NCBI RefSeq assembly: GCF_009914755.1
Contig: NC_060925.1
DNA from: the human T2T-CHM13v2.0 reference genome, Homo sapiens
Direction: 5' to 3' (one strand)
Length of the DNA stretch: 64,000 bases
Below are positions 1 through 12,430 of the stretch, one piece after another. The translations under genes and the position numbers were made by a program. Every line of letters starts with the position of its first letter. The first letter of the stretch is position 1. Under the pieces are notes generated by a model that searched no databases, was not told the origin of the DNA, and saw nothing but the letters and a program-made list of their open reading frames with translations.

Positions 1-699
1 GTACAGCAAGAAAAACAGCAGTCATTAATATTGTCCTAAAATTAAATGCCTTAAAATGTAATGGATTTCAGTCACTGTGATTGTACACACAGTTGAGCAA
101 TAATTATTTGTTGACATTATTAACAAGATTTATTTATCAGGTATTAGTTTGGCTAAATAACACAAATATTCACTTTCACTTTCAATAATGTATTGTGAAT
201 GAATATTGACAGCATCAAGTTTAATTGTGTTCTTCAGAGTGTACCACTGATCTTCGGAGATGGAAACTTTCTTCATGTACATTGTATCTGATATTTTTCC
301 CCCACAACTATCTGTTTTGTTTCTGTTCACCTTAGTGTATAGTATTGCATATCCTTAAATCCACGGAAAAACTCACGACTTATTTCTATTTGCTTCCTAG
401 TTATTTACTGAAAATGTTCACATCATGCTGAATATAGAAAAATTGATACGTATAGACTAGAGGGTGGATGGGCCCAAGAGCAAACCACAGAGTAAAGTTA
501 AGGTGTGAGTATGCAGATGTGATAGCTAAAAATTAAATCATATTTTTATGGTAAATGTTGAACCTTGGGTCACCAGTCTATAAACATTATTATCATTCAA
601 AACCCAAATGGTGCGCTATTACTGGGGAGAACTAATAATAGATTTTTTACTGAATAGAGATGCATTTAAGAATTATGCTACAAAATAACTTTTCATTAG

Positions 700-900
700 G
701 AGTCAGGATGGTGGATACCTTTGCTGGGTGGGGAGAAAACAGTGACTGGATAAGGCTACTAGAGGGCTTCAGGGAGGTTAGCATTCTTTTTGTATTTGGG
801 AGCTGGTTAAACAGGTATGTTCAGTTTGTGAACAGTCACTGAGTTTTACTTTTATTAGAGGTACACTTTTCTGAACTAATTTAATATTAATAAAATGTTT
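700..900 (+). mobile_element. Old L1 (L1ME-like) 3' end fragment
   Basis: gtcaggatggtggatacc...gttcagtttgtgaacagtcactgag...tacacttttctg...aataaaatgttt resembles the L1ME 3' terminus. Confidence 0.6.
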
Positions 901-1042
901 ACTTAAGATTACTACATATTCATGACCATCTGAGATTACAAGAAGATTTGGCTTTATATATTTTTGACATTGTTACAGTGAGAAAGGGCATGTTTTATAA
1001 TAGAAAGGATTTTATTCTGTTTAGTCATTATAACTAATTTGT

Positions 1043-1846
1043 CTACAAAAATCAGTAGCATCTCTATATGCCAATGACGTTCAAGCTGAGAGTCAAATCG
1101 AGAATGGAATCCCATTTGCAATAGACACACACACACAGACACACACCCTAGGAATGCATTTAACCAAGGATGTAAAAGATCTCTACAAGGAGTACTACAA
1201 ACCTTGGCTGAAAGAAATCATAGATGAGACAAACAAATGGAAAAATATTCCATGCTCGTGAACTGGAAGAATCAGTATCACTAAAATGGCCGTAATGCCC
1301 AAAGCAGTCTACAGATCCAATGCTATTCCTATCAAACTACCAATGTTGTTTTCCACAGAACTATAAAAAAGGAAACTATTCTAAAATTCACATAGGACCA
1401 AAAAAGAGCCCCAAGAGCCAAAACAATCCTAAGCAAAAAGAACAAAGCCAGAGGCATCACATTACCTGACCTTAAACTGTACTTTAAGGCTATAACCAAA
1501 GCAGGATGGTACGGATACAAAAACAGACAGACCAATGGAACAGAATAGAGAACCCAGAAATAAAGCCACATACCTACAATCATCTGATCTTTGACAAAGT
1601 TGACAGAAACATCCAACGGGGAAAGGACTCCCTATTCGATAAATGGTGCCTGGAAAGCTGGCTAGCCATATGCAGAGAATAAAACCACACCTTTACCTTT
1701 CACCAAATACAAAAATTAATTGAAGATGGATTAAAGACTTAAAAGTAAGACCTCAAACTACAAGAATTCTAGAAGAAAATCTAAGAAACATCATTCTGGA
1801 CATCGGCCTTGGGAAAGAATTTATGACTAAGTCCTCAAAAGCAACT
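1043..1846 (+). mobile_element. L1 ORF2 fragment (L1PB/old L1PA-like), disabled
   Basis: Translates to [43 protein letters not shown] (L1 ORF2 C-terminal region, with stops); a (CA)n run at about 1123-1147 replaces the usual A-rich tract. Confidence 0.92.
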
Positions 1847-1849
1847 GCT

Positions 1850-2078
1850 GGCATGTCCAGCTTCCATCCTGAGCCATGTTATTACCATACACTGTTTTGG
1901 CATAGACCATGGGTCGCCTCTTAGCATAAACTATCAAGTGTGGTCAAAGGGGCCCATCAACAACACAGAGGCACACCCGTCGTTCAGGAAATTCCTAACA
2001 CTCAGGTTTACAGGTTACCTTACAGGTGCTGGAGCAAAGGCTCCATTTCTCATTGAGTAAAGCTATTTCTTCACTACA
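1850..2078 (-). mobile_element. MER21-like LTR fragment
   Basis: tcaggaaattcc...ggttacc...ggagcaaagg...ttcttcactaca resembles the reverse complement of the MER21 5' end. Confidence 0.5.
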
Positions 2079-2084
2079 TACTTA

Positions 2085-2155
2085 TTCATCTCTTATCCCC
2101 AGTACCCAGCCTAGTATTTGGCACATATTGTCTTAACAGTAAATCTTTCAGAAAT
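2085..2155 (+). mobile_element. L2 3' end fragment
   Basis: tatccccagtacccagcctagtatttggcacatattgtcttaacagtaaat resembles the L2 tail. Confidence 0.5.
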
Positions 2156-3196
2156 AAGATGGTGCAAATCTTTTAACATAAGATTATTCAGTGTAAGGAA
2201 AATGAGTAGAAACAGAATTTTCTGTTTCTGTAAGCATAATCTAAGGAATTTAAGCATTAATTTGAAAAAGAGAAACCTTGAGATATCTCATTTTACATAT
2301 GCCCTCTCATGTCCATGTACATATTTTACTGTAGTTTAAAACTAGAAAATATATTTTCTTGATGCTTACTGATGCTTACAAGGCTGTAACTTGACGAGAG
2401 CTATATTAAATTGCTTTAAATTGTTTATACTTGATGTTTACATATCAGAGGGATGTTGACTTAAATGGATTAACTGTAAATTCAACCCTCCTGCCAAGCT
2501 ATCTCCAAACGTGGTCTCCCACCTGACTATGCATTCATTAGCCCGCCTACTAATAGGCTTGCTTCATCTTGCTCAAGTTCTAACATCAGCTAAGGTCTTC
2601 CCACCATGGGTCCTCTTCCACTCTCCCCATGTGGGTACTACTTTCCTTGGCTTCTCATAATGGCTTTAACCTCGAGTAGATTTTAAAAGCTATCATGCAG
2701 AGATGAACATAGTACAACAAATCTGTGAGGATTGGGACTTCCTTCATTTTCATAAAAGTAAATACAAAAATCAAAAACACCATTACAGGGCTAGTGAAAG
2801 CAGTCTGAAACATAAAACACTCAAGATAACGTGAAAAGAATATGGATTGTAAAATATTTTAAAAGATAGCTGAATATAGTACTGTTATACATCTGTATTG
2901 TGTTCCCCCCAATATGTTTTTAAAGAACTCTGAGAAATAAGCTGATACGTACAATAACTGCAACAGACAATAAAACTGAAGAAAAACAAAACAAATTCTG
3001 ATTGAGAGCAAGAGAATGTGATGAATCTAGAAATCTCATGCTAAAATATCTAATTAACTGTTCGAACTCACAAAATAGAATTGATAGTGTATTAGAAAAA
3101 AAAATCTTTTTGAGAAAATATTCTCACTCATGTCAATACCTATGATAAAGTTTTCAATTCCAGTCCTTTATTTCTCCACCCCAAACCACTATCCTC

Positions 3197-3240
3197 CATT
3201 TACCCAGTGATAAGAGTACACTCTTATCACTGGGTAAATG
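3197..3240. repeat. Perfect inverted repeat, 21-bp arms with 2-nt spacer
   Basis: catttacccagtgataagagt-ac-actcttatcactgggtaaatg. Confidence 0.97.
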
Positions 3241-3689
3241 ATATTATGGCCTAGTCGGTCATAATATCCAACTACCTGGCAATAATGAATGCCACAAGTC
3301 ATGCAAACATCACCCCATCAGAGACAGTTAAAGGACTTCTATGGAATTTTTATTTGGAAGTCCATAGAAAAACAATTTTCACTGTATTTAGAGAGCAAAA
3401 AAAGGTTGTTTGTGGCTTTCTTAACTGTCATGCAAAGGTTTTTCTGAGAGAAAAACACAAATTAAGAAGGCATGTTAAGAGATAAAAGATGGAAGACAAG
3501 AGAGTGAAACCAAAAGACACTTCATATAGTAGGTCTTGGGTCCAGTTCCAAACCCCTTGCTCTTCAGATCTGCTGAGCTGCCATTGAGCCAGTTACATGC
3601 ATCACTTCACGGTGCCTTTTGTCTACTCTACACCTCTTTCCCATATCTCCCCAACACTTTTTTTTTTTTTTTTGGGCTATCAGAGCTTA

Positions 3690-4450
3690 CCTCTAGTAAT
3701 AATAGGAGCTGAAAATGCAAGGTACTTTCTCAGCCTTAATTATATTTGAGCACAGATACAATCCCAGCCTATGGCCCTGCAGAAGTGTGTTGATAAAGTG
3801 TGTGAAGATAATTCTCCTTTTGCTTCAGGTTTGTGCATTGTTTGAGAATGACTGGATGCTGGTGACAGTGATTAAGTGATAAAAAGAAACATGGAGACAT
3901 TGACTCTGAGCCTTAATATGATGGAATTCTTGAATACCTCCTAGACCTGTCAGTCTGAAAAATTGTGTTAAATATAAGAAAATGAAACCTCCATTTTTAA
4001 ACACTTCTAAATTTATTTTTGTTAGTCCATTTTGCATTGCTACCAAGGAATACTTGAAGCTGGGCAATTTATAAAGAAAAGTGGTTTTGCAGGCTGTACA
4101 AGAAGCATAGTGTCAGCATCTGCTTTGGGTGAGGGCCTCAGGAAACTAACAGTTATGACAGAAGGCAAAAGGGCAGCCAGCATATGGCAAGAGAAAGAGG
4201 AAGGAGGTATCAGGCCTTTTAAACAACCAGATCTTATGCTGTCTCATAGAGTGAGAACTCACTCATTAATGCGATGACAGCACCAAGCTATTCATGAGGG
4301 ATCTGCCCCCATGAGGCAAACACCTCCCACCCCACGAGGCCCACCTGCAACACTGGAGGTCACATTTCAACATGAGATTTGGAAAGGAAAAAACATCCAA
4401 ACCGTATCAACGGCCTGCTACATACAGCCAACTGAATACTAAATCATATA
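3690..4450 (+). mobile_element. Ancient ERVL/MaLR-type LTR (MLT1/LTR33-like), interrupted by an MST element
   Basis: The 3' motifs gaaacctccatttttaaacact... and ...ctacatacagccaactgaatactaa lie on either side of the MST insertion. Confidence 0.4.
4020..4409 (-). mobile_element. MSTB-like MaLR solo LTR
   Basis: tgttagtccattttgcattgcta...catgagggatctgcccccatga...caacatgagatttgg...catccaaaccgtatca. Confidence 0.88.
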
Positions 4451-4558
4451 CCTATCTGTTTTAGACTAAAAACATACTCCTAACAAAGCACTTAACTCTA
4501 AAAATCATAAAACAAAAAGCAGATTGTCTACAAAGTAGGTATCATGAGGATGTGGGTA

Positions 4559-5675
4559 CAGGGCCCACTTCATAATTTGTGTATCTCCATAAATTATGGA
4601 TGCCCATGTTCAAAATGAGGGCTTCTTATTTTAAAAACAGGAAAAAGAGCCCTGTTAAAGGTATTAAAATATATATTATTTTCTTTCTGTGGTTTCCCTT
4701 TCAAATTGCCATGATGCTTTTTATTTATCTTTATAAGAAAAAATGTAAATTGTATATTATTTGCATGCATGCTACCATTTAAGTTTATATCATGTGATAT
4801 CACTTTTAAATATAAATATTAGAGCAACTAAATTTGCAGAATCACAAAAATTGCACAATTCATATTTTTAGCTTGTCCCTGACAGTGCCTCTAGCAGGCC
4901 TGAAGAAAAAAGATGTAAGCCAGATTCAGGAAGGTTTGAACAAGAAAGAAAGGGCCCTTCCAGACCAGGAGCCAACCCAAGGGTATGCACTCTATGGCAG
5001 CAGGGATGCTCATGGGACAAGTATAAACTCACAAAGGCTCCTGAGAGTGCCACCCTTGATGAATGGCAAGCACCAGGCCTGACAGCTAAAGGATGCCACC
5101 TCCTGCCAGCCTCCGGGTGGATTTGCTACAACCTAGCTGGAGATGGTGTCTAGGAAAGCCAAGTCTGTCATCTCCCTTTGCTACAGGCGCATGGTTACAA
5201 TCCATAGTAGAGGCATCCCCCAAGGGTCTTTTAACCTTTGCTGCAAGACATGGTAGATACTAGATTGAGGGTGGGACAGAAGTTGTAGGTTCTCTTTCGC
5301 AAGGACACAGTCGAGCTGGATGCCTACCTGACAAAGCTGGGTGCTGTCTGGTGCTGTCTACTCAGATGAGGATGGCTATTGCCATCCACTACTGAAACAC
5401 TTCAGTGCATGTGTGTACAACCTCCACTTTATCCATTTCATGAGTACCTAGGCCCCTGCTGGGAAGAGAGTGATGACAGGGAGAGGACATGTACATGAGT
5501 TGAGGTTCCAAGCTCTCAGCACATGCCCCATTATTCCATTAGGCTTCAAATAAAAAACACAAGTTTACAGATCAAATAATTTCAAGATAAGAACAGAGCA
5601 TTAAAACCAAGCATAGAGTCCTTCAGAGTATGGAGTCAGATTGACTACGGAGGTCTCATGCCCATAAAGCCACAT
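4559..5675. mobile_element. MER45 (MER45B-like) hAT-Tip100 non-autonomous DNA transposon, near full length
   Basis: Left end cagggcccacttcataatttg; right end agagcattaaaaccaagc...ctcatgcccataaagcc; about 1.1 kb. Confidence 0.7.
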
Positions 5676-5981
5676 AGCCAAGAGCTGTGGCAGCCTCTAG
5701 TTGCTGAAAATGGTCTCTGAACAACAGTTCAAAGAAAATGGGAACCTCAATTCTCCAACTGTATATAAATTAATTATTTCAACAAGACCTTGGAAGAAGA
5801 TTCCAAGTTTCATTTTCCCCACCAACACACCTTGATTTCAGTCCCATCATGAGTCTCTGAGCAGAGAATCCAGCCATGCCATGCTTGAACTTCTAACCTA
5901 TAGAAAATGTGGGATAATAAATGTGTGCTATTTTAATATGTTTTATGTAATTTGTTACAAAGCAAGAGAAAACTAATAAAC
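5676..5981 (+). mobile_element. MLT1 (D/E-like) LTR, 3' half
   Basis: ggcagcctctag...caccttgatttcag...ctgagcagagaatccagccatgcc...gtaatttgttacaaagcaagagaaaactaata. Confidence 0.8.
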
Positions 5982-6989
5982 ACCCTATCCCTTCTGCTCA
6001 ACTTAAAGAAACCTACAAATCCTACACATGATTAGGAGCATAGTGTATAGTAGTCCACTTTTACAATCGCAATAATTGTTGGAACTTTTTCTATTAAAAA
6101 TGTGTAATTTATATGTATGTTAGAAGTTTTTATTTTAATCACATCAGATTATGAAAATCATGCAAATAGCAAAGAAAGGTCATTGTAAGTTATTATTAAA
6201 AGGAAACTTTCCAGTGTGACAATGAATATGTCACATATCTAAAGTCAAAATCATTTATAAAAGTGACGATGGAATGACAAGACATTGATGAAAGAATTCA
6301 CGTTTGTTTAAAATAGCTGTTATAATCCAACAATTCAGCTATGAATAAAAACAAAACTGTATAAATACTAAAAATCAGAACAGCCAACAAGATGCTGTTG
6401 GCTCATGCATAATAGCTCGGTTATTTCAAAACAATTCAGTTAGAAAAGAAAATAAGTCTGTAAATATTGAAAATGTGAATAATTTTCTACAGAAGAAACA
6501 CTTTTTTGCCCACGAGACCCAGAAAAATTACATCAACTGTAATTTTTAATTGTTGTAATAAATGTAATATTAATTACATCAACTGTAATTAATAAATGTT
6601 GGTTTTGATTTAAAAATCCTAAAATAAAGAATAAATTATTTTTCTATAAGGTGTATTTGACAGGTTAGAACATATAATGAAGATAAATCCTATTAACAAT
6701 AGCACTAAAAATATAAAATATCTAAAACAAAACAACATTGGAGATTTATGTATAAAATTACATTGTTAGGTAGATCAAAAGGTGGCAAGTATGGGCATGG
6801 ACATACATTCTTAAATTTTTATTTCACAGATTTTGATACTTGTTCAGTTATTTATGTTATTAGTTGCTTGTTCACTTAAGTTATGTTAACATATCACTGT
6901 TGGAACGTTTATGGCTCCTTTGCTATTCAGTCTTATCTATTCTATTTTATTCCCATCTATGACACTAAATTTGCCTTGCATTCCAATAG

Positions 6990-7890
6990 ACCATTATGTG
7001 TTAATTTTGTATATATTTTATATATCTGTGTTCTTTCAAAATGTGTCATTTTATTGGTATGCATTTAATCCCATGTTCGTTTTTCTATATCACCCATTTT
7101 ATTTTTCATGGAGGAATCTGGTTTTGAAACCCATCCCTATTACTATATGTGCATCTAATCTATCACTTAATTATTTCATGATAGTTCATGGTATGCACCC
7201 ATCATATTTGTCAAACCACTCTCTAATGACAGAAAGCTGTATTACCTCCAAATCCGGGCACCATAAATAATGTTCAATGAACATGCTTATAAATATCCCA
7301 CTTGGAATACTGTAGGGATTTATTTGAAATATGCCACTACCTCTATATTATACATTATGTCTACATTTAATTTGCTTGAATATTTCTAGATTGATTTACA
7401 GAATGACTGTTTTCTGGGCTTCCTCCAGCCAGCAATGCATGGAAGTGTCATATCACCAACATCTACCAGCAAATTTTTTGACTTTTAAAGTTTTAAAACT
7501 TTAAAACTTTGACTTTTAAAGTTTTAAAAATTTTTAAACTTTTGCCAGTGTAGTGGATATGGCTACATTTTTCTTTTAAAAATTTCCATGTCTAAGCATC
7601 AATTATTTCAAATATATTCTTTTTATTTGTTTCCTTTTATAAATTGCCCAGTTATACCATTTACCTGTTTCACTCTTAACTCTCCCCTCTTTTTATTGAT
7701 TTGCAGAAGTCTTTATATATTCTAGATATTGTTTCATTTTTAGACATTGTGAATATTCTCTTACACGTGTTCTCTTTCTATTCACTTTGTGATTTACTTC
7801 ATTAAATAAAAATTCCTTGATTTTATTATAATATATTTAATATTTTGCACATTATGTTTTGCTTTTGAAACTTTGAGAAATCCTTACTAC
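6990..7890 (-). mobile_element. Old L1M (ME-like) fragment
   Basis: Antisense L1 motifs ccagcaatgcatggaagtg and ctttatatattctagatatt; highly diverged. Confidence 0.55.
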
Positions 7891-8037
7891 TGGGTGCTTT
7901 GGCTCATGCTTGTAATCCTAGCAACTCAGGTGGCCCAGACAGGAGGGCTGTTTGAAAAGAGGTGTTCAAGGTTACAGTGAGCTATAATCACCACACTCCA
8001 GCCTGGGCAACAGAGCAAGACCATATCTCAAAAAAAG
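7889..8037 (+). mobile_element. Alu monomer (FAM/FRAM-like)
   Basis: Single-arm Alu: ggctcatgcttgtaatcctagc...gttcaaggttacagtgagcta...ccagcctgggcaacagagcaagacc + A tail; approximate TSD aa(a/g)tcctt. Confidence 0.85.
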
Positions 8038-9448
8038 TCCTTCCTCAATCCGAATTCATCAAGATATTCTACATGGTATACATGCCCAGATTGCCCTATG
8101 CCAAATGTCAGTCCAAGTAAACAGCCTTGCCAGCAGAAATGACTTACACATTTTACCATTGTAGAAATGACAGTTGCTGATGCCATTTTTTAATCCATTT
8201 CATCCTTGAAAGAATAAGAATTTTAGGAGTGATAACTGTATATGAACAGGAAAAAATCTTTAAAAAGGATAGTTTACATTATTAGTAAAATATATTGACA
8301 ATATTTGCATTCAACATAAATCTTTTTACCAGACTCCAAGTTCCACTGAGAAGCTATAAAAAAAAAAAATCTAAAGGCTTGAAAGATTATAAAATCATAC
8401 AGAATTTTAATCTGCTAAAATTTATATTAAGAACCAACATCTAGGAGTACAAATATATATTTTTGCAGACATCTTATATAATGCTTTTGGAATGTTTGAG
8501 GTAGAAACATATCTTCTTTCTCTATCTGCTACCCAAATACAGGACATTATCCACCTCTGTAATTCTTCTGAATAAGATACTTTAGAATCAACTACGGCAT
8601 CCCTGGTTATGAAAGAACTAGAGGAAGTTCTATGACAAGTTCATGCTTATTTATGCTTGTTAGATGTGGATAACTATGACTAAGCATTAAAGCTACAAAA
8701 GACAGTGTGGTAAAACCAAAAGGTTATTTTATATCCAAGGAGAAATACTTTGTTATACATGGCTTGGACTATTTGGATTTTCTCTGTATCAGGTGAAGCA
8801 GACCATTTTTAACATATCCCTGTAGTCTTCTAATATATTCCGGAGCAATTTCTGGATGAAATCACCATTCTTCTGAGTTGCATTTTTACTGTTTCAATTT
8901 TCCTAAAATTTGCTCCTTTAAGGTAAATGACTATCTAACAGAACATTAATAACAAAGAATTTCACATGTCATTCTCTTCATTGACTTGCAAATGCAATCA
9001 TTCATGTTCTCTTTTGAAGGTAAAGGAATACAGTATATCACATTACAGACTGCAATTCTCATTAGGCAGTTGTGTGAAGAGCTAGTTCTGTTTCTAATTC
9101 ATTTCTTGGAGAATCCCACTGAAAAGTATCATATTTTGTATGAAAGGTTAATCCTATCCCTCAACCAGAAAAGAATAATCTATTTTTCTTGCTGAGGTAT
9201 AAGTAATAGAATTAAAGACAATTGAAGACTCAATAGCAGAAAAAGGAGAATATCTGAATCCACAAATCAAAGTATGAATAGCCGAATGACTTAAAACAGA
9301 AATATGCATGAATTCAAGACAATGGAGAAATAGAATATATCCTGGTTGTAAAGAAAGATTTAGGCATATTAGCTAAATTAAATTAATTAAAAATTAGACT
9401 TTTATTTTCCTTAGAGGATTGCCTCTTAGACAGGAAATGTCAAAGGTG

Positions 9449-9478
9449 GGGTGTGTGTGTGTGTGTGTGTGTGTGTGT
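9449..9478. repeat. (GT)n microsatellite
   Basis: Direct read. Confidence 0.95.
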
Positions 9479-9507
9479 ATTCTAATTTGGGGGCATATAT
9501 TTCATCT

Positions 9508-10086
9508 TGTTTGATCCTGTAAATAAGTTCAAGCTTGTACCACTTGCTGCATGACTGCCAATAAATATAGAAACAAGGCAGTGAGGCAAGGAAAGTGACT
9601 TCAGAGGTCCAGCAAACCAAAAAGATGAACTTCTGTTCCAAAGAACCATCTTCAGTTAGCATGAACTTTAGGCTCATTTTTATTTTAAGGGAAGGGGGAA
9701 GAAAGGGGATTGAGGTCAAGAGGTGACTGACAACCTCAGACATCTGGGCATCAGCAAGGGTCCCAGTAGGTTGTGAAACTTCTTTGTGCTTGGTCAGCTG
9801 ACCTCTGTTCAGATGAAGTAGCTCAAGTCATAATGTTGCCCTAAATCTTCACCAAAATACCATTACTTGTATGTGTACTTCCTTATCTCCTTGTGAGTTA
9901 GTTTTGATAAAGGAACCGTTATTTTTTTTTTCTTAAAGTTGAACTACAACCTAAACTTCTCCTATAATTAGCTGATCTACAAGCAAAGCTAAGCAGACAC
10001 TTTTAACGTAAAGGATATGACCACAGGAGGCAGGGAGTCAGAGGAAAAATGGAGTCAGTCATGCTAAGCTTCCTTCCACTATTACA
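9508..10086 (-). mobile_element. ERV1 solo LTR (MER31/MER67-like)
   Basis: gcaaggaaagtgact...ccagcaaacc...aaagaaccatctt...aaaaatggagtcagtcatgctaagc...ttaca. Confidence 0.6.
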
Positions 10087-11026
10087 ATCATAACACATTA
10101 TAAAAATGAAGTGAATATAATGATAAAAAGATTACAATCAAATTGTTAATAACAACTGAAATTTTTAAAAAATTTGGAGAATTGGACCAAAGTATCCTAA
10201 TTGACTATATGAACCAATAAAAAAATATTTTCATCAGGTAACAGAAAATTAGAAAAAAATAAAAAAGAAGAGGATAAAAAGTCAGATGTCCAGGAAATGC
10301 TTGGAAAAGTGATATTACTATTCTATTTTTTTTTGGATTTTTAGATAAAATCCAACACTACTCATCGATCAGTTAAGAACATTAATATCTTTAACAAAAT
10401 ATGCCCAGCTAGAGGAAAATTTAAAACAATACCATCTCAAAGGTCTCTCCAACTTTAGAGCTATTGAGAAAAAGAGAACATCTAATTTGAGAATGAAGAC
10501 CCCAAAACCCCAAACCAGTTTCAATACAAATTTATCAAATTTTCTACTCTTCTTAGACACTGCAGTAAAAAATGTCTTAGTCTCAAAATCAATTTAAATG
10601 AATGAAAATAAAGTATCATTGAAAAAAATGGGGACTTTTTTTTTATTCTGTTTTATGAACTTCAATTGTCATTTGTTCAGGTTGCTCTACACAAAGTTTT
10701 TCAAATGTGTTTTTTTAATTTTTGAGAAACACAATATGAGGCTTAGCTGTGATTTTCAGCCCGGAGACATTATGAGTTTTTTTTGCTAGTTCTGAATCAT
10801 TGTGTTAAAATTATGATTTGTTTTAGTATAGTGCTTCAGGAAATAATAACAACACTTTTAGTATTTCAAATAATACTTTTAAATAAAAAATCTTAGGAAG
10901 GTTGAAATTTCTGAAGTTGGCATATAGTGTTCCTCATGCTAATATGCTTCTTGAAAGGTTAGAAACATTTAGAGGTGCCAGTAGTTGTTCAGGGCACAAA
11001 GATACCATAAATCTTTCTCAGACACA

Positions 11027-11050
11027 TATATATATGTGTGTGTGTGTGTA

Positions 11051-11090
<40 letters not shown>

Positions 11091-11091
11091 A
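11027..11091. repeat. Compound (TA)n(TG)n(TA)n microsatellite
   Basis: Direct read. Confidence 0.95.
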
Positions 11092-12334
11092 CACATTAAT
11101 TTTTCAGTATTTTAGGAAAGATTTAAGAGTATAATATATATACTCTTAAAATCTGATAAACTCCAAATGAAATTTATATACTGGTGGGAGCTGAGCTCAT
11201 TTCTCAGCTCAGCATTTCTCAATGCTTTCTACTGTGCTAAAAGTAGAGAAAATGTTAACGAACAACTAAAGAATAAACAACACTGCCTTATATTAAAGGT
11301 ACAGATCAGCAAACAGAAATGATGCCTGTTATATAAGGAATTTAGCCTCCAGTCCAGGCAAGGCTTCACAGGGTCACAGGTTGAGACAAGGTTACAAACT
11401 TCCAGAATCCCTTTTGTAACATTTGCATGTGCTTAAGGGAATGTGACCTCAGTGGAAATGGCTCACATTAGCCAAATTCATAGGAGACTGACGTGACCAA
11501 ATGAGAAATCATTAATGTATAAATAAAAATGTAATTCTAAAAGAAAGTGTAACACTTATTTTCCTTGTTTGACACAAATATTCTCTGGAGAAAAATCCTC
11601 TTGAAAAGCACAAAGAAACTACAGTTGGGTGATGATAATAATTAGCACTTGTGACCAGAGGAGTCTGCATCTGCTGGGCAAGGCTGCCCTAAGGACCAGG
11701 GCTGAAGACACCATACAACATCTTTGCTCTCAAACTTTTACTTTTCTAAAGATACTCCCCTTACTGATCACACAGTCTTTTTATGAACAGGACACATCAT
11801 AAGAAATTGAGAGAAGGCAAATTAGGTTAATTAACTTCTTACATAAAATCTCAATGGACGGGGGGACAGGATGACTGATTAAAGCAGAACTGAAATGGTC
11901 AAAATGGATTGGAGGTCCACTTTTCCACTTCAGAAGCTTTCTCATTCCACCTCCATTCCATTTCATCTCTACAGAACTCTGGAGCTTCGCTAACAAAGAC
12001 TGAAAAGTTTCTGGATTAAAGAGAAGCAGTATCCTCTAGTGGTCAATGATAGAATCTTATTTGCCCACTGTTTAAAACCGAAATTTCTTTGTTCCTAAAA
12101 CAGCATATTAGTATCTTATCCCTATACCAGTGTGAATGAGCTAGCTTATCCTTTAGTAAAAACAATTCTCAAATCTCATTGACATAAAATATAAGGTGCT
12201 TGTTTCCCACTCTGTCATGTTTTTCACAATTATCCTGCATGTTTTTTTTTTCTTACTCCAGACTCAACCAATCTCTGGACATTGCTGGAAACTGCAAAGA
12301 GGAAAAAAAGAACTTATATAGACCCTAGAAACTT

Positions 12335-12430
12335 CTACCCAGAAGTGACACAACTTAATTCTGCTCACATCTTACTGACCAAAGTCACAAGGCCGAGGCT
12401 GACCTCATGGTGCAGGCTCATGTAATACTG
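12335..12430 (-). mobile_element. Old MLT1 fragment
   Basis: ccagaagtgacacaac...ttctgctcacatcttactgaccaaagtcacaaggcc. Confidence 0.5.

Noticed and set aside
130-330. 66-aa ORF in unique-looking sequence
   Set aside because: Non-ATG start, no recognisable domain and no clear splice context.
6911-7270. 119-aa hydrophobic ORF
   Set aside because: T-rich antisense old L1 gives spurious membrane-like composition.
8790-8905. Minus-strand segment with protein-like reading (NATQKNGDFIQKLLRNILEDYRDMLK) after a ttttag
   Set aside because: Stops in all frames from the putative acceptor; no recognisable homology.
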